Assembly: GCA_965219955.1 (NCBI GenBank)
Contig: OZ244799.1
Span: 608,001-672,000 of the forward strand
Length of the DNA stretch: 64,000 nt
Reading direction: 5' to 3'
DNA from: a bacterium
Lineage (GTDB): Bacteria; UBA8248
Made by a program: the position numbers and the translations under genes. The notes beneath the pieces are model-generated. The model did not search any database, was not told where the DNA came from, and saw nothing but the letters and a program-made list of their open reading frames with translations. Positions 29,549 through 40,124 of the stretch are shown here, piece by piece (positions within the stretch are counted from its first letter, which is position 1; each line of letters opens with the position of its first letter).

Positions 29549-29923
29549 ATGACCGAATACGAAACAGCAAACCTCGCCGTGCAACAAGACGCGCTCGCAC
29601 TGCAACAGGCCACATTTGCCCTTCAACAAGCATCGCTCGCTGTGCAACGAGCCGCCGTATGGGTCGCCGCGCTCGTCGGGGCCGCGCAGTGCAGCCTCAT
29701 CGGGGTTGGCCTCTACATCATGCGGCAGGCCTCGAAGCAGCGCGACGCCATGCACCAGGAAACCATGGAGGCGCTGAAGGTTCAACGAGAGGCGCAAAGC
29801 GAACAGCACCGGGAAACCATGAAGGCGCTGGAAGGCCAGAACAAGGCTCTGGAAAACCAGCGCGAGGCGATGATGGAACTCATCCGGCGGACGTCCGCGC
29901 CTTCCGCGCAAGGGGACGGTTGA
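29549..29923 (+). CDS. Small membrane/coiled-coil protein, dispersed homolog of the 16.5-17.8 kb family
   Basis: MTEYE...W...VG.AQC.LI..GL..M...HQETMEAL...HRETMKALE...LIRRTS pattern. Confidence 0.75.
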   Translation: MTEYETANLAVQQDALALQQATFALQQASLAVQRAAVWVAALVGAAQCSLIGVGLYIMRQASKQRDAMHQETMEALKVQREAQSEQHRETMKALEGQNKALENQREAMMELIRRTSAPSAQGDG

Positions 29924-30124
29924 GCGGTTCGGGGTCCAGGCTGAATTCCGCCCGCGTCTTCATTTCATGGGCCGCGCCGACTTTCTGAAACCCCGGCGGC
30001 GGCAGTCAGCCGCAGCCGGGCTTTCGCGCCTGCCCGCCGCGCCGGGTGTCTTTGCCGACCAGGCGGAGCCGGGTCTGCCGGCGCCCGGCCCGGTTCCCCG
30101 CCGCCGTCTCCACTGAGGCCGCCC

Positions 30125-31480
30125 GTGCTGGATATCCTCGCCGACCGCACCTACCGCCATCTATTCGCAGCGCAGGTCACGGCCCTCGCGGGCACGGGGC
30201 TCGCCACGATTGCGCTGGGCCTTCTCGCCTACGACCTCGCGGACGAGGATGCGGCGATGGTGCTGGGCGCCGTCTTCACCATCAAGATGGCGGCCTACGT
30301 CGGGGTCGCGCCCATCGCCGGCGCCTTCGCCGACAGGGTCCCGCGCCGGGCGCTGCTCGTCGCGCTCGACATCGTGCGCGCCGCCGCGGCCCTGGCGTTG
30401 CCCTTCGTGACGCAGATATGGCAGCTCTACCTCCTGATCTTCGTCCTGCAATCGGCTTCGGCGGCCTTCACCCCGACCTTCCAGGCGACGATTCCGGACG
30501 TGCTGCCCGAAGAATCCCGCTACACCCGCGCGCTGTCGCTCTCACGCCTCGCTTACGACCTCGAGAACATCTTCAGCCCGACCCTCGCGGCGCTGCTGCT
30601 GGCGATGATGTCCTACGACGCCCTGTTCCTCGGCACGGCGGCCGGCTTTCTCGCCTCGGCTCTGCTGGTGGTCTCGGTATTTCTGCCGAGCCCCGCGCCC
30701 AAGGTTCCGCGAAGCATCTACGAGCGCACGACCCGCGGTGTCCGCATCTATCTCGCCACGCCCCGGCTCCGCGGACTCCTGGCGCTCAATCTCGCCGCGG
30801 CGGCCGCGGGCGCGATGGTGCTGGTCAACACCGTCGTGCTCGTTCGGGGCGGGCTGGGGCTGGACGAGAGCGCCGTGGCATGGGCGATGGCCGCATTCGG
30901 TGGGGGTTCGATGCTGTCCGCGCTCGTCCTCCCGCGCCTGCTGGACCGGGCGCCGGAGCGGAAGGTGATGCTGACGGGCGCGGCGCTGATGATCGCGGGC
31001 CTGTGCGCGCTGGCCGCGCTCATCCCGGGCGCCGGTCTCTCCTGGCCCCTCCTGCTCGGCGCATGGGTCACGGTGGGGATCGGCTATTCCGGCATACTCA
31101 CGCCGTCGGGACGGCTTCTGCGGCGCTCCTCGAACCCCGAGGACCGGCCCGCGCTCTTCGCGGCGCAGTTCGCGCTCAGCCACGCCTGCTGGCTGATGAC
31201 CTATCCGCTCTCGGGCTGGCTGATGACCGCATTTGGCGCAATCGCCGCGCTCGCCGGGTTGAGCGCGCTGGCTCTCATCGGCGCGGCGCTCGCGCTGCGC
31301 CTGTGGCCGGACGCCGATCCGGTCGCGATAGCGCACCGTCACGACGACCTCCCTCCCGATCATCCGCACCTGCGCGGCGGGCGCGAACACGTTCATCCTT
31401 ACATGATCGATGACTTGCACAGGCGCTGGCCGCCGGCGGACCCGCGTTCATCCGATGAGCGCATCACGAACGGCTCCTGA
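30125..31480 (+). CDS. MFS transporter, NreB-like nickel efflux
   Basis: MFS with many TM helices and His-rich C-terminus HRHDDLPPDHPHL..HVH. Confidence 0.85.
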   Translation: MLDILADRTYRHLFAAQVTALAGTGLATIALGLLAYDLADEDAAMVLGAVFTIKMAAYVGVAPIAGAFADRVPRRALLVALDIVRAAAALALPFVTQIWQLYLLIFVLQSASAAFTPTFQATIPDVLPEESRYTRALSLSRLAYDLENIFSPTLAALLLAMMSYDALFLGTAAGFLASALLVVSVFLPSPAPKVPRSIYERTTRGVRIYLATPRLRGLLALNLAAAAAGAMVLVNTVVLVRGGLGLDESAVAWAMAAFGGGSMLSALVLPRLLDRAPERKVMLTGAALMIAGLCALAALIPGAGLSWPLLLGAWVTVGIGYSGILTPSGRLLRRSSNPEDRPALFAAQFALSHACWLMTYPLSGWLMTAFGAIAALAGLSALALIGAALALRLWPDADPVAIAHRHDDLPPDHPHLRGGREHVHPYMIDDLHRRWPPADPRSSDERITNGS

Positions 31481-31773
31481 ACCGGAAAGCAGCCTCCGGG
31501 CGGACACCTTCGATTTTCCTTTCCTCAGGGAAGTTTGACCCCGTAACGAAAAAGGCATTTCCCCTTCGCAGCGCAACACCGCATCACGCGGACCTCACAT
31601 CCGCCGGACGCTCCCCGGCGGCGCTTTACTTACGCGCCTGCGAATTTCCTTTGAAGCCGGTTTTTTGGCTGATACAATCGGCTGCATCGTCCCGTATGTC
31701 CCGGCATGTTATCGAAATAACCTGCGCCCATGTTCGTCGGCGCCGGAGACCTCTAGCTTTTGGGAGTCGAAAC

Positions 31774-32595
31774 TTGAGAAATGACGCGGCGAAAAAGTTT
31801 ACGCCGGCCCTTTGCGTGTTCTTCCTGTTCGCCTGGCTTCCGTTCGCCGAAGCCGGCGAAGGAAGCGATTGGGATATCCGTATCGGCATGGGCGCAAGAT
31901 ACGATGCGAAGTATGAAGGTTCCGACGAGATGAAGACGCGGGTTCTTCCTCTGATAGACATCACCTGGAAAGACCTGGTTTTTCTCAATCCGCGCGAGGG
32001 TTTGGGCGTGCACGTTTTCGCCGAGCACAACCTCACGGTCAGCGTCGGGGTGGGATACGTGTTCGGCAGGGATGAATCGGACAGCAGCGGCCTCAGGGGT
32101 ATGGGCGATATCGATGACGCCGCTGCCGCCAACCTCAAAATAAAATACGCCATCGGACCGGTTACGCCCTTCATCGGCGCTTCCAGACATTTGGGAGATA
32201 TCGACGGGACTTTGGTGGAGGTAGGAGTCGGGGGCATCGTGCCGCTGGCTCTGATGACCGGAGGGATGAATTCGCCAGGCATGGGCGCCGGCGGGCTGAA
32301 AGGACCGGCGCTGCAACTCGGCGTATCCGCAACCTGGGCTGACGGCGACTACATGGAAGGCTACTTCGGCGTGAATCCGGTACAGTCCGCCGCCTCGGGC
32401 TACGCCCGATACGATGCGGAATCCGGATTCAAATCGGTGGACTTCAAGTTCGGCGTCATCTATCCATTTGCGGAAAACTGGGCGGTGAACGCCCGGGGCG
32501 GGTACTCACGATTGCTGGGCGATGCCGCCGACAGTCCAATCGTCAGGGACGATGGCCGCTTTTCCGGCGGTTTGTTTCTGTCTTACCGTTTCTGA
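31774..32595 (+). CDS. MipA/OmpV family outer-membrane protein
   Basis: YEGSD, YM..YFGV and GDAADSPIV motifs, terminal YRF. Start is uncertain (TTG after GGAG). Confidence 0.85.
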   Translation: MRNDAAKKFTPALCVFFLFAWLPFAEAGEGSDWDIRIGMGARYDAKYEGSDEMKTRVLPLIDITWKDLVFLNPREGLGVHVFAEHNLTVSVGVGYVFGRDESDSSGLRGMGDIDDAAAANLKIKYAIGPVTPFIGASRHLGDIDGTLVEVGVGGIVPLALMTGGMNSPGMGAGGLKGPALQLGVSATWADGDYMEGYFGVNPVQSAASGYARYDAESGFKSVDFKFGVIYPFAENWAVNARGGYSRLLGDAADSPIVRDDGRFSGGLFLSYRF

Positions 32596-33181
32596 TTCAT
32601 CGGGTCAATTTTTGAATCGAAGAGCAGCTATTCCACCCTGATGGGTCGGAAGCGTGTGCGTATCTGCTTCATACTTCAGCGCGCGTGGAAACCGGGGGCC
32701 GGCATCCGGAGGCGGCGACGATGATGGGTATCTGAAGGATAATGAGAAAAGACCCGGCCCGACGCATCGAGATGTTCGGCAAAGGACCCGAAAAAACAAA
32801 GCCGCATTTCCCCGCAGTTGCGGTTGCCGGGTTTTCGTGCGCGTGAGGGAAAATCGCGCGCGGGAAAGAAATCGTTCCCGGCAGCTGGAGGAGGGGAGAA
32901 AATGGAGAAGGTGATTCGGCTTGAGGGGCGCGGTCGGCGACCCGCGGATCGGAAAACGCAGTCTTCCCCTCCCCGGGAAAGCCTGACTCTCCCCGGTCGG
33001 AATGGAGTGAGAAAAAATCGATAAAAAGGCTGAAACAATTCGATAAAATAAGATAAATTCACGGGGTTTTTCTGTAAATTTCCGAAAATTAAATGCGGCG
33101 ATATGCCATAATTGCGCCTGAAAAACGATGGGAAGAGGGGGGCGTACGCTCCCGAACCGATGGCGCAAAAGGAGGCGCGAG

Positions 33182-33625
33182 ATGGGTCTTGTGAGCATCA
33201 ACCATACGAGTTTCACGGTGTCCGACGCCCGGGCGATCGCCGAGTGGTACTGTGAAACCCTTGATTTTACTATCGTTTCGGTCGACACCCGGCCACAGGA
33301 CTACAGCGAGAAGGTGACGGGCATCGCAGGCGCCGACCTTCGCATCGTCTATATTCTGGGTGGAGGCTACCACATCGAGCTGGTCGAATACACCGGCGCG
33401 CCGGGGGTGAAGATAGACACGGCCACGAACAACGTGGGCAGCGCGCACATCGCCTATAACGTCAATGATCTCAAAGGGATGTACGAGGCGTTAGCGCCGA
33501 AGGGGGTGCGGTTCGTCTCGCCGCCCGTGCCCGTCACGCAGGGCCCCAACAAGGGCGGCTTCGTCGTCTATCTCGAAGATCCGGACGGCAACACGCTCGA
33601 ACTCATCGAGAGGCCGGGCGCGTAA
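33182..33625 (+). CDS. VOC family protein
   Basis: NHTSFTVSD, HIA and EDPDGNTLEL motifs. Confidence 0.9.
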   Translation: MGLVSINHTSFTVSDARAIAEWYCETLDFTIVSVDTRPQDYSEKVTGIAGADLRIVYILGGGYHIELVEYTGAPGVKIDTATNNVGSAHIAYNVNDLKGMYEALAPKGVRFVSPPVPVTQGPNKGGFVVYLEDPDGNTLELIERPGA

Positions 33626-33636
33626 TCCCTTAAAAA

Positions 33637-34344
33637 TCATATCGTTACGCTATCGCCGGGCTTTAAGACGATGATTTCCGTATCGAGGCCGCGCTTCTCG
33701 ACTTCCTCGATGAACGCCTCGGGCGTGCCCGTCAGGTGGGGCAGGCTCGAGTGGTGGATGGGCACGACGCGCTTCGCTTCGAGCAACTCGCACGCCAGCG
33801 CCGCCTGCCGCGCGCCCATGGTGGCCCTGTCCCCGATGGGCAGGCAGCACAGATCAGGCGCGTAGAGGTCGGCGATGATGCGCATATCGCCGAAAACGGC
33901 CGTATCCCCCGCATGATACAGGCGTTTGCCGTCCTCGAAAGTGAGAACGAGACCGCAGGGCTCGCCGGTGTATTTCAGTTCCGGTCCGTAGGCGCCCCCG
34001 TGAAAGGCGTGGGTGAGGGTGAGCTGGACGCCGCCGAAATCGACCGTGCCGTCCTTTCCCATGGGGGTGGCGTGGGCGCCCAGGTCGTATTCGGCATTGA
34101 TGGTGCGGATGAGGTCCATGTGGCCCGCCACCGGGCATGGATTCGCCTCGAAAACGGGGATGACGTCGGCCGTATGGTCGAAATGGCCGTGCGTGAGGCA
34201 GATGAGGTCCGCCTTTTGCGGTGTTTTGAGTTCCGGCGGGCAGACGGGGTTCTTCTCGAGCCAGGGGTCGATGTAGATGGTCTTGCCCCCGTCGGTTTTG
34301 ACCAGAAACGTGGATTGTCCATGAAATATCAGCGTGGCGCCCAT
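33637..34344 (-). CDS. UPF0173 metal-dependent hydrolase (MBL fold)
   Basis: IDPWL, THGHFDH, YHAGDT and LPIGD motifs. Confidence 0.92.
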   Translation of the reverse strand: MGATLIFHGQSTFLVKTDGGKTIYIDPWLEKNPVCPPELKTPQKADLICLTHGHFDHTADVIPVFEANPCPVAGHMDLIRTINAEYDLGAHATPMGKDGTVDFGGVQLTLTHAFHGGAYGPELKYTGEPCGLVLTFEDGKRLYHAGDTAVFGDMRIIADLYAPDLCCLPIGDRATMGARQAALACELLEAKRVVPIHHSSLPHLTGTPEAFIEEVEKRGLDTEIIVLKPGDSVTI

Positions 34345-34386
34345 GTTTCGCATCACCTCCCATGTGTTTGATTTAGCGAGGGAAAC

Positions 34387-35277
34387 CTATAAATGCTCCC
34401 GGAACCAGGCCGTCGTCTCCTTCAAGGCCATATCGAAGAGATCCGGGTTGTTCACCTGGTAGACGTCGTTGTGGCGTCCCCTGGGAAGCATGACGAGCTT
34501 TTTCGGTTCTCCGCAAGCCGCGTAGCAGGCGTGCGCTTCAGACGGGGGAACCATGACGTCCTCTTCTCCGTAGATGAACAGGACGGGCCGGGGCGAGATT
34601 TTCCCGGCCACCCATTCGGGGCGGTATCGAAAACACGCCTCCACGCTTTCGAGGTCGAGTTCGAGCACTTCCTCGGAACCGTGCTCCTCCAGCGTCATCG
34701 GGGGTTTGGGGTTGTCCGGGTCGTCGCTGTAAATATCGTGGCGGATGATGGTTTCCCGCTCATTGGCCGTGACGCGCTTTTGGGCGGCTTCCTGGACACG
34801 GGACTTGAAGGCGAGCCATTCATAAGGCCTTCTCAATGTTTTCAGCCAGCGTTCGCCGTCGTGAACCCCCACCGCGGAGACGGTCGCCTTCACCCTCTCG
34901 TCGAACGCCGCGGCCCAGATGGCGTGTGCGCCGCCGAAACTCGTGCCATACAGGCCGATTCGCTCGGGGTCCACGCCCTCAACCGTTTGGAGATAGGTGA
35001 TTCCGTCGTAGGTGTCCTGGGCCTGCTCCAGGGGGCGGTGACGCCCGCGAACGCCCTCGCTCACGCCATAGCCGCGATAATCGGGCGCCAGGGTGAAAAA
35101 ACCCGCTTTGCTCAAGTGGATGGGCATGTCGATCGTGGCCAGGTTCTTTCGGCCGCTGTATCCCGTGACGCAGACGATCGCCGGCCGGGGCGGGTCGCCG
35201 GGCCGCCAGTCATCGGGACGATACAGGTGAGCGGCGATTTTGAGACCATCACTGAAATAGGTGATATTTTCGAGCAT
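34387..35277 (-). CDS. Alpha/beta hydrolase
   Basis: DYRGYGVSEG, GTSFGG nucleophile elbow, catalytic Asp/His. Confidence 0.9.
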   Translation of the reverse strand: MLENITYFSDGLKIAAHLYRPDDWRPGDPPRPAIVCVTGYSGRKNLATIDMPIHLSKAGFFTLAPDYRGYGVSEGVRGRHRPLEQAQDTYDGITYLQTVEGVDPERIGLYGTSFGGAHAIWAAAFDERVKATVSAVGVHDGERWLKTLRRPYEWLAFKSRVQEAAQKRVTANERETIIRHDIYSDDPDNPKPPMTLEEHGSEEVLELDLESVEACFRYRPEWVAGKISPRPVLFIYGEEDVMVPPSEAHACYAACGEPKKLVMLPRGRHNDVYQVNNPDLFDMALKETTAWFREHL

Positions 35278-35488
35278 TCCCCTTTCCTTTTTGAAGTATT
35301 CAATTATAGTTTATCGGAGCATACCGGGTTTTTGACACAAGGGGCCACCGCTGATAGGAGTAAAGAGGCATACAATGCACGCTCCTTCCTGAAATTTTCG
35401 AGAAACCGGGAGCCTCGTATAATGGTTTCCGAGGGTTTCATCACGGGAATCATCGCACCGCCGCTGAAGAGAGGATGCTGACAACATA

Positions 35489-36817
35489 ATGTCCCGGCAA
35501 AAAGTTTTCATCATTTTCGCCGTTTTGGTTCTTGTAATTGGCGCAGGCATCACCAAGTGGCTGATTGAAAATCGACCCAAACCCCAGGTTGTGAATCCTC
35601 CCGCACCCCGCCGACTCGTTCGAACCATGCTCTTGAAGAAGCAAGACAAGACGTTCTGGGTGAAGGGGTTCGGAACCGTGCGGCCCAAAACCGAACTTTC
35701 CATCGTGCCCGAAGTGTCCGGGAAGGTGATTGAGCGCTCGCCCGGATTCAGGACCGGCGGCTTCATCAAAAAAGGGGATTTGCTGTTTCAAATCGACTCG
35801 GCGGATTACAAACTCGCCATCGATCGGCGCAAGGCGGAAATCGCGCAACTCAGAGCCGATATCGCACGATTGAGGCAGGAGGAGAAGAATCACCGGGCCG
35901 ATCTGGACATCGCCGAGCTCCATATGGAATTGGTTTCTCAGGAAATGGAGCGCAACGAAAGATTGAGAAAACAAGGCGTGATCTCGTCTGGCCAATACGA
36001 TCAGTCGCAACAAAATTTTCTCAGGCAGGAAAGAACAGTCCAGTCAATCAAGAACGTTTTAGCGCTACTTCCCGTACAGTTAAGGCAGAAAAGTGCGGCT
36101 CTCAATGCGAGCCGCTCGGAACTCAAGAGGGCGGTATTGCAGTTATCGCGCACGAAGCTCGTGTCTCCATTCGATGCGCGGGTGCGGGAGACGAGTTTGG
36201 ACGTTGGAGATTTCGCCAGTGCGGGGAAATCCGTGGGAAAGATTTATGACGTGTCGGTGCTTGAGGTTCCGGTTTCCCTCCCCGTCGAGGATGCGCGCTG
36301 GGTGTTTCGCCGCAACCAGGGGACGGCGTTTCCGCGCAGCCAGGAGGAGGTGAAACCCTTTTTGCCCACGGCCCGTGTATCGTGGGGTCAATTTGGAGAG
36401 AAGGTTGAATGGCGAGGGCGGGTGTCGCTGGTCGATTCTGGCCTGGATGAGTCCACCCGCGCGCTCACGCTGGTGGTCGAAATTCCCGAGCCCATGAAGA
36501 ATTGGGTGCCCGGGGAGCATCCTCCCCTTTTCGTGGGAATGTTCGTGGAAGTGAAAATAAAAGGCATCACGATGCCTGACGTGTTTGTTATTCCGCGCGC
36601 CGCATTGCGAGAACGGGATCTTGTGTATTTGTTGGACGAGGAGGGGAAACTCAGAATCCAGAAGGTGGGAGTCATTCGGAAAGATCAGGATGGCGTCATA
36701 ATCAAAAATGGAGTGAACGAAAACGCCCGCATCATTCTTTCCGCGATCCCCGACCCCGTTTCCGGCATGAGACTCGATGAACAAGACGGGATTGCCGGAG
36801 GGGCTTCCGCGCAATGA
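35489..36817 (+). CDS. RND efflux periplasmic adaptor subunit
   Basis: N-terminal TM helix, EVSGKV lipoyl-like motif, long hairpin, SPFDA. Confidence 0.92.
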   Translation: MSRQKVFIIFAVLVLVIGAGITKWLIENRPKPQVVNPPAPRRLVRTMLLKKQDKTFWVKGFGTVRPKTELSIVPEVSGKVIERSPGFRTGGFIKKGDLLFQIDSADYKLAIDRRKAEIAQLRADIARLRQEEKNHRADLDIAELHMELVSQEMERNERLRKQGVISSGQYDQSQQNFLRQERTVQSIKNVLALLPVQLRQKSAALNASRSELKRAVLQLSRTKLVSPFDARVRETSLDVGDFASAGKSVGKIYDVSVLEVPVSLPVEDARWVFRRNQGTAFPRSQEEVKPFLPTARVSWGQFGEKVEWRGRVSLVDSGLDESTRALTLVVEIPEPMKNWVPGEHPPLFVGMFVEVKIKGITMPDVFVIPRAALRERDLVYLLDEEGKLRIQKVGVIRKDQDGVIIKNGVNENARIILSAIPDPVSGMRLDEQDGIAGGASAQ

Positions 36818-39800
36818 AGCAAATTCTGGATTGGTCTGCACGTCATACTGTTTTCGCCAACCTTCTCATGGGGATAATGCTGATCATCGGTGTTGTCGCC
36901 GTTTTTCAAATCCGCAGCGAGTTGCTCCCTCAATTCGCCCTCGATCGGGTGAGCGTCAACGTGGCGTGGGAGGGCGCGAGTCCTGCGGAGGTGGAAGAGG
37001 GTATTTGCATCAAGATCGAAGAGGCCCTGACCGGCGTCGAGGGGGTAAAAAAAATCACTTCGGTTGCTTATGAGGGTCGCTGTGAAATTGCCGTGGAACT
37101 ATATAGCTGGATCAAGAACTCCCGAGATTTGATGGAAGATATCCGGAGCGAAATCGATCGTATCAAGACATTGCCCGAGGACATAGAAAGGCCTGTCGTT
37201 TCGGAGGTGAAGCGCATAAATCAAGTAGTCCGTCTTTCCTTGTTCGGCAATGTGTCAGAAGAAGTCCTGAAACGAAAATCCACGGAGATCAAAGATGATT
37301 TGCTGGATTTGCCCAACATTTCAAAGGTGGTTCTGAGCGGCTTGAGAGATTGGGAAATTTCAATCGAAGTCTCTGAGGAGATGTTGCGCCGCTATGGTCT
37401 GACGTTTGATCGGGTGGCGAATATCATTCGCAAGAATGTGCTGGAACTCTCAGGCGGGGATATCCGTTCTGTGGAGCGGAGAATCAGAATCAGGACGTTG
37501 GGAAAGCGTTACACGGGCCCGGAGTTCGAGCGGCTTGAAATACTGACCCAAAAAGACGGGGCCATTCTAAGACTTGGCGATATTGCACGTGTGGTCGACG
37601 CTTTTGAGGATAGCGATACATCGGGCCGATTCAACGGGAAGCCGGCTGCGCTCATCATGGTGTATCGAACCGATGAGGAAGATGCGCTTTCGATTTCGAA
37701 AACGGTAGTTGAATATGTCAAGAGAAAGCGAAAAGAACTGCCCGAAGGATTGGAACTGGCCCATTGGGCGGATACCTCGCGTTTGATACAGGACCGGCTC
37801 GATCTTTTGTTGAGAAACGGTCGCGTCGGACTCGTTTTGGTTTTCCTCTCCATGTGGCTGTTTTTGAACATTCGCCTTTCGTTTTGGGTGGCTATGGGAA
37901 TTCCCGTCTCCCTGTTGACGGCTTTGGGTTTTTTGAACTTTTCCGGCAGCACGCTCAACATGCTCTCGATGTTCGCCTTCATCATGGTTTTAGGGATACT
38001 GGTGGATGACGCCATCGTAGTGGCTGAAAACATCTATTCGCATATGGAAAGAGGAAAGAATCGCGTTCAGGCGGCAATTGACGGCTGTTATGAAGTCGCC
38101 CTGCCGGTTATCGCCACTGTTATGACATCCATTGTGGCTTTCGCTCCCTTGCTGATGGTGGCAGGAACGGTAGGAAAATTCATGGCGGTGCTTCCGGCGG
38201 CCATCATCGCCGCGTTAATCGCTTCTCTCATCGAATCGTTATTCATTCTGCCGGCTCATCTGGGACATTGGGTGCGGCCTCCCAGGGCGGGTGGACTCTC
38301 ATCTCGTATGAGAAACACCATCGATAGAGGCATAAACTGGCTCATCCATCGATTTTATGCGCCAATTCTGGAATTTTGCCTCAACGCCAGGTATCTGGTC
38401 ATCGCCCTGGCTTTGGTGGTTTTTATGGTGACGGTAGGTTTGGCGGTTGGCGGGCATGTGAGGTTTTTGTTTTTCCCAAAAATCGATTCCGATTGGGTGC
38501 ATGTGAAAATTCTGTTTCCGCTGGGAACCCCGATTCGGCAAACGAAAAACGCGGCGCAAAAGATTGAGCAGGCAGCCGTTGCTCTTGACGAGGTTGTTCG
38601 CTCGAAAACGGGTGAACCGGTCGTCAAGCATGTATTTACAATACTGGGTGAGAATATCGACCCGGGCGGCGGGCGCATCGTGGGAGGGAGCCATATGGCG
38701 CAGGTGATCCTCGAGATGCTGCCCTCGGAAGCCAGGGGAATCAGTTCTGAGGAAATCATCAACCGCTGGCGTGAGAATACAGGAGAAATTCCCGATGTAA
38801 CGAGCCTTACTTTCAGTACAGGAGGAGCCGGTCCGCCCGGTGGCAAACCTATAGATGTGCAGTTTTATGGTGATGACATCGGGACTTTGAGAAGAGTAGC
38901 TCAGGAGTTCAAGAGAGAGTTAACCAAATATCCCGGCCTTTATGATGTTCAAGATGATTTCCGGCCCGGGAAGCTTGAGTTCCGAACATCATTGAAGCCG
39001 CAGGCCCGCGTTCTGGGAGTGAATCTGGATGACCTGGGGCGTCAGTTGCGCGCGCGCTTTTTCGGGCTGCAAGTCCTGCGTCTGCAGCGTGGCCGTGATG
39101 ACGTGAAGGTCAAGCTTCGCTATCCATCCGAGGAAAGGCGTTCTCTGGAAGATATCAGGAAAATGAGGGTCAGGACGTCCTCAGGAGCGGAAATTCCTTT
39201 CTATGAGGTGGCGGAAGTCGAGATGATTCAAGGTCTTGATGCAATAAGACGAGTAGCCAGAGCTAGGGCGATTAACGTAACGGCCGAAATCGACCAGGAC
39301 CACGCCAATCCCACCGAGGTTCTGAACGACTTGAATGCGAATTTCTTCCCCAAGCTCCTGAACCGCTATAACGGGGTAGGTATCAGATTCGAGGGTCAGG
39401 CCAAAGAGACGAGTGAATCATTCGCCAGCCTGTTTCGCGCTTTTGCGCTTGCAATGGCCGTTATTTTTGCGATTTTAGCCACTTTGTTCAGAAGCTATTT
39501 CCAGCCCTTTATTGTCATGAGCGCCATTCCGTTTGGGGTCGTTGGCGCAATATGGGGGCATATTGTCATGGGTTTCGATATCTCCATCTTGAGCATGATG
39601 GGGATTTTGGCTCTTACCGGTGTTGTGGTGAACGACTCTTTGGTGCTTTTGGATTTCGCGAACCGAAGTATCAGAGACGGGATGCCTATAGAAGACGCAC
39701 TGCAGCAGGCCGGTGTCGCAAGGTGGAGAGCTATTGTTCTGACGACATTGACGACCGCCGCAGGCTTGGGGCCGATGTTGTTCGAGAAAAGTTTTCAGGC

Positions 39801-39999
39801 GCAATTCTTGATTCCCATGGCAATTAGTTTATGTTTTGGACTGCTTTTCGCCACGGTGATCACACTCGTTCTCGTTCCAGTCATTTCTTTGATAGGCAAC
39901 GACGTCGGGCGTTTTTGGTGGCGCATCTGGACGGGCAGATGGTTGACGAGAGAAGAAGTAGATGTGCATTCTCCTCACAAAGAAGAGATAAGCGTTTAA
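36814..39999 (+). CDS. RND efflux permease (AcrB family)
   Basis: 1061 aa; GILVDDAIVV motif and two TM bundles. Confidence 0.95.
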   Translation: MKQILDWSARHTVFANLLMGIMLIIGVVAVFQIRSELLPQFALDRVSVNVAWEGASPAEVEEGICIKIEEALTGVEGVKKITSVAYEGRCEIAVELYSWIKNSRDLMEDIRSEIDRIKTLPEDIERPVVSEVKRINQVVRLSLFGNVSEEVLKRKSTEIKDDLLDLPNISKVVLSGLRDWEISIEVSEEMLRRYGLTFDRVANIIRKNVLELSGGDIRSVERRIRIRTLGKRYTGPEFERLEILTQKDGAILRLGDIARVVDAFEDSDTSGRFNGKPAALIMVYRTDEEDALSISKTVVEYVKRKRKELPEGLELAHWADTSRLIQDRLDLLLRNGRVGLVLVFLSMWLFLNIRLSFWVAMGIPVSLLTALGFLNFSGSTLNMLSMFAFIMVLGILVDDAIVVAENIYSHMERGKNRVQAAIDGCYEVALPVIATVMTSIVAFAPLLMVAGTVGKFMAVLPAAIIAALIASLIESLFILPAHLGHWVRPPRAGGLSSRMRNTIDRGINWLIHRFYAPILEFCLNARYLVIALALVVFMVTVGLAVGGHVRFLFFPKIDSDWVHVKILFPLGTPIRQTKNAAQKIEQAAVALDEVVRSKTGEPVVKHVFTILGENIDPGGGRIVGGSHMAQVILEMLPSEARGISSEEIINRWRENTGEIPDVTSLTFSTGGAGPPGGKPIDVQFYGDDIGTLRRVAQEFKRELTKYPGLYDVQDDFRPGKLEFRTSLKPQARVLGVNLDDLGRQLRARFFGLQVLRLQRGRDDVKVKLRYPSEERRSLEDIRKMRVRTSSGAEIPFYEVAEVEMIQGLDAIRRVARARAINVTAEIDQDHANPTEVLNDLNANFFPKLLNRYNGVGIRFEGQAKETSESFASLFRAFALAMAVIFAILATLFRSYFQPFIVMSAIPFGVVGAIWGHIVMGFDISILSMMGILALTGVVVNDSLVLLDFANRSIRDGMPIEDALQQAGVARWRAIVLTTLTTAAGLGPMLFEKSFQAQFLIPMAISLCFGLLFATVITLVLVPVISLIGNDVGRFWWRIWTGRWLTREEVDVHSPHKEEISV

Positions 40000-40124
40000 T
40001 TTGGTACTTGGTAGGATGGCCGACGAAACAGTTTGCGGGAAAGTTTGTAATTTTTTCCAAGCAAGATTGCATTCATTCCCAATTTATAATTCCGTGAACA
40101 GATGAAGAAAGAGGATACAGTTTT

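Noticed and set aside
29960-30124. NiCo riboswitch upstream of the NreB-like MFS (contains GCAGCCGGGC)
   Set aside because: The other conserved junction segments are not evident, and a short match is likely by chance in very GC-rich DNA. An Rfam scan would settle it.
32605-33120. ORFs in the mipA-VOC intergenic region
   Set aside because: No recognisable motifs or RBS and mutually overlapping frames; treated as non-coding.
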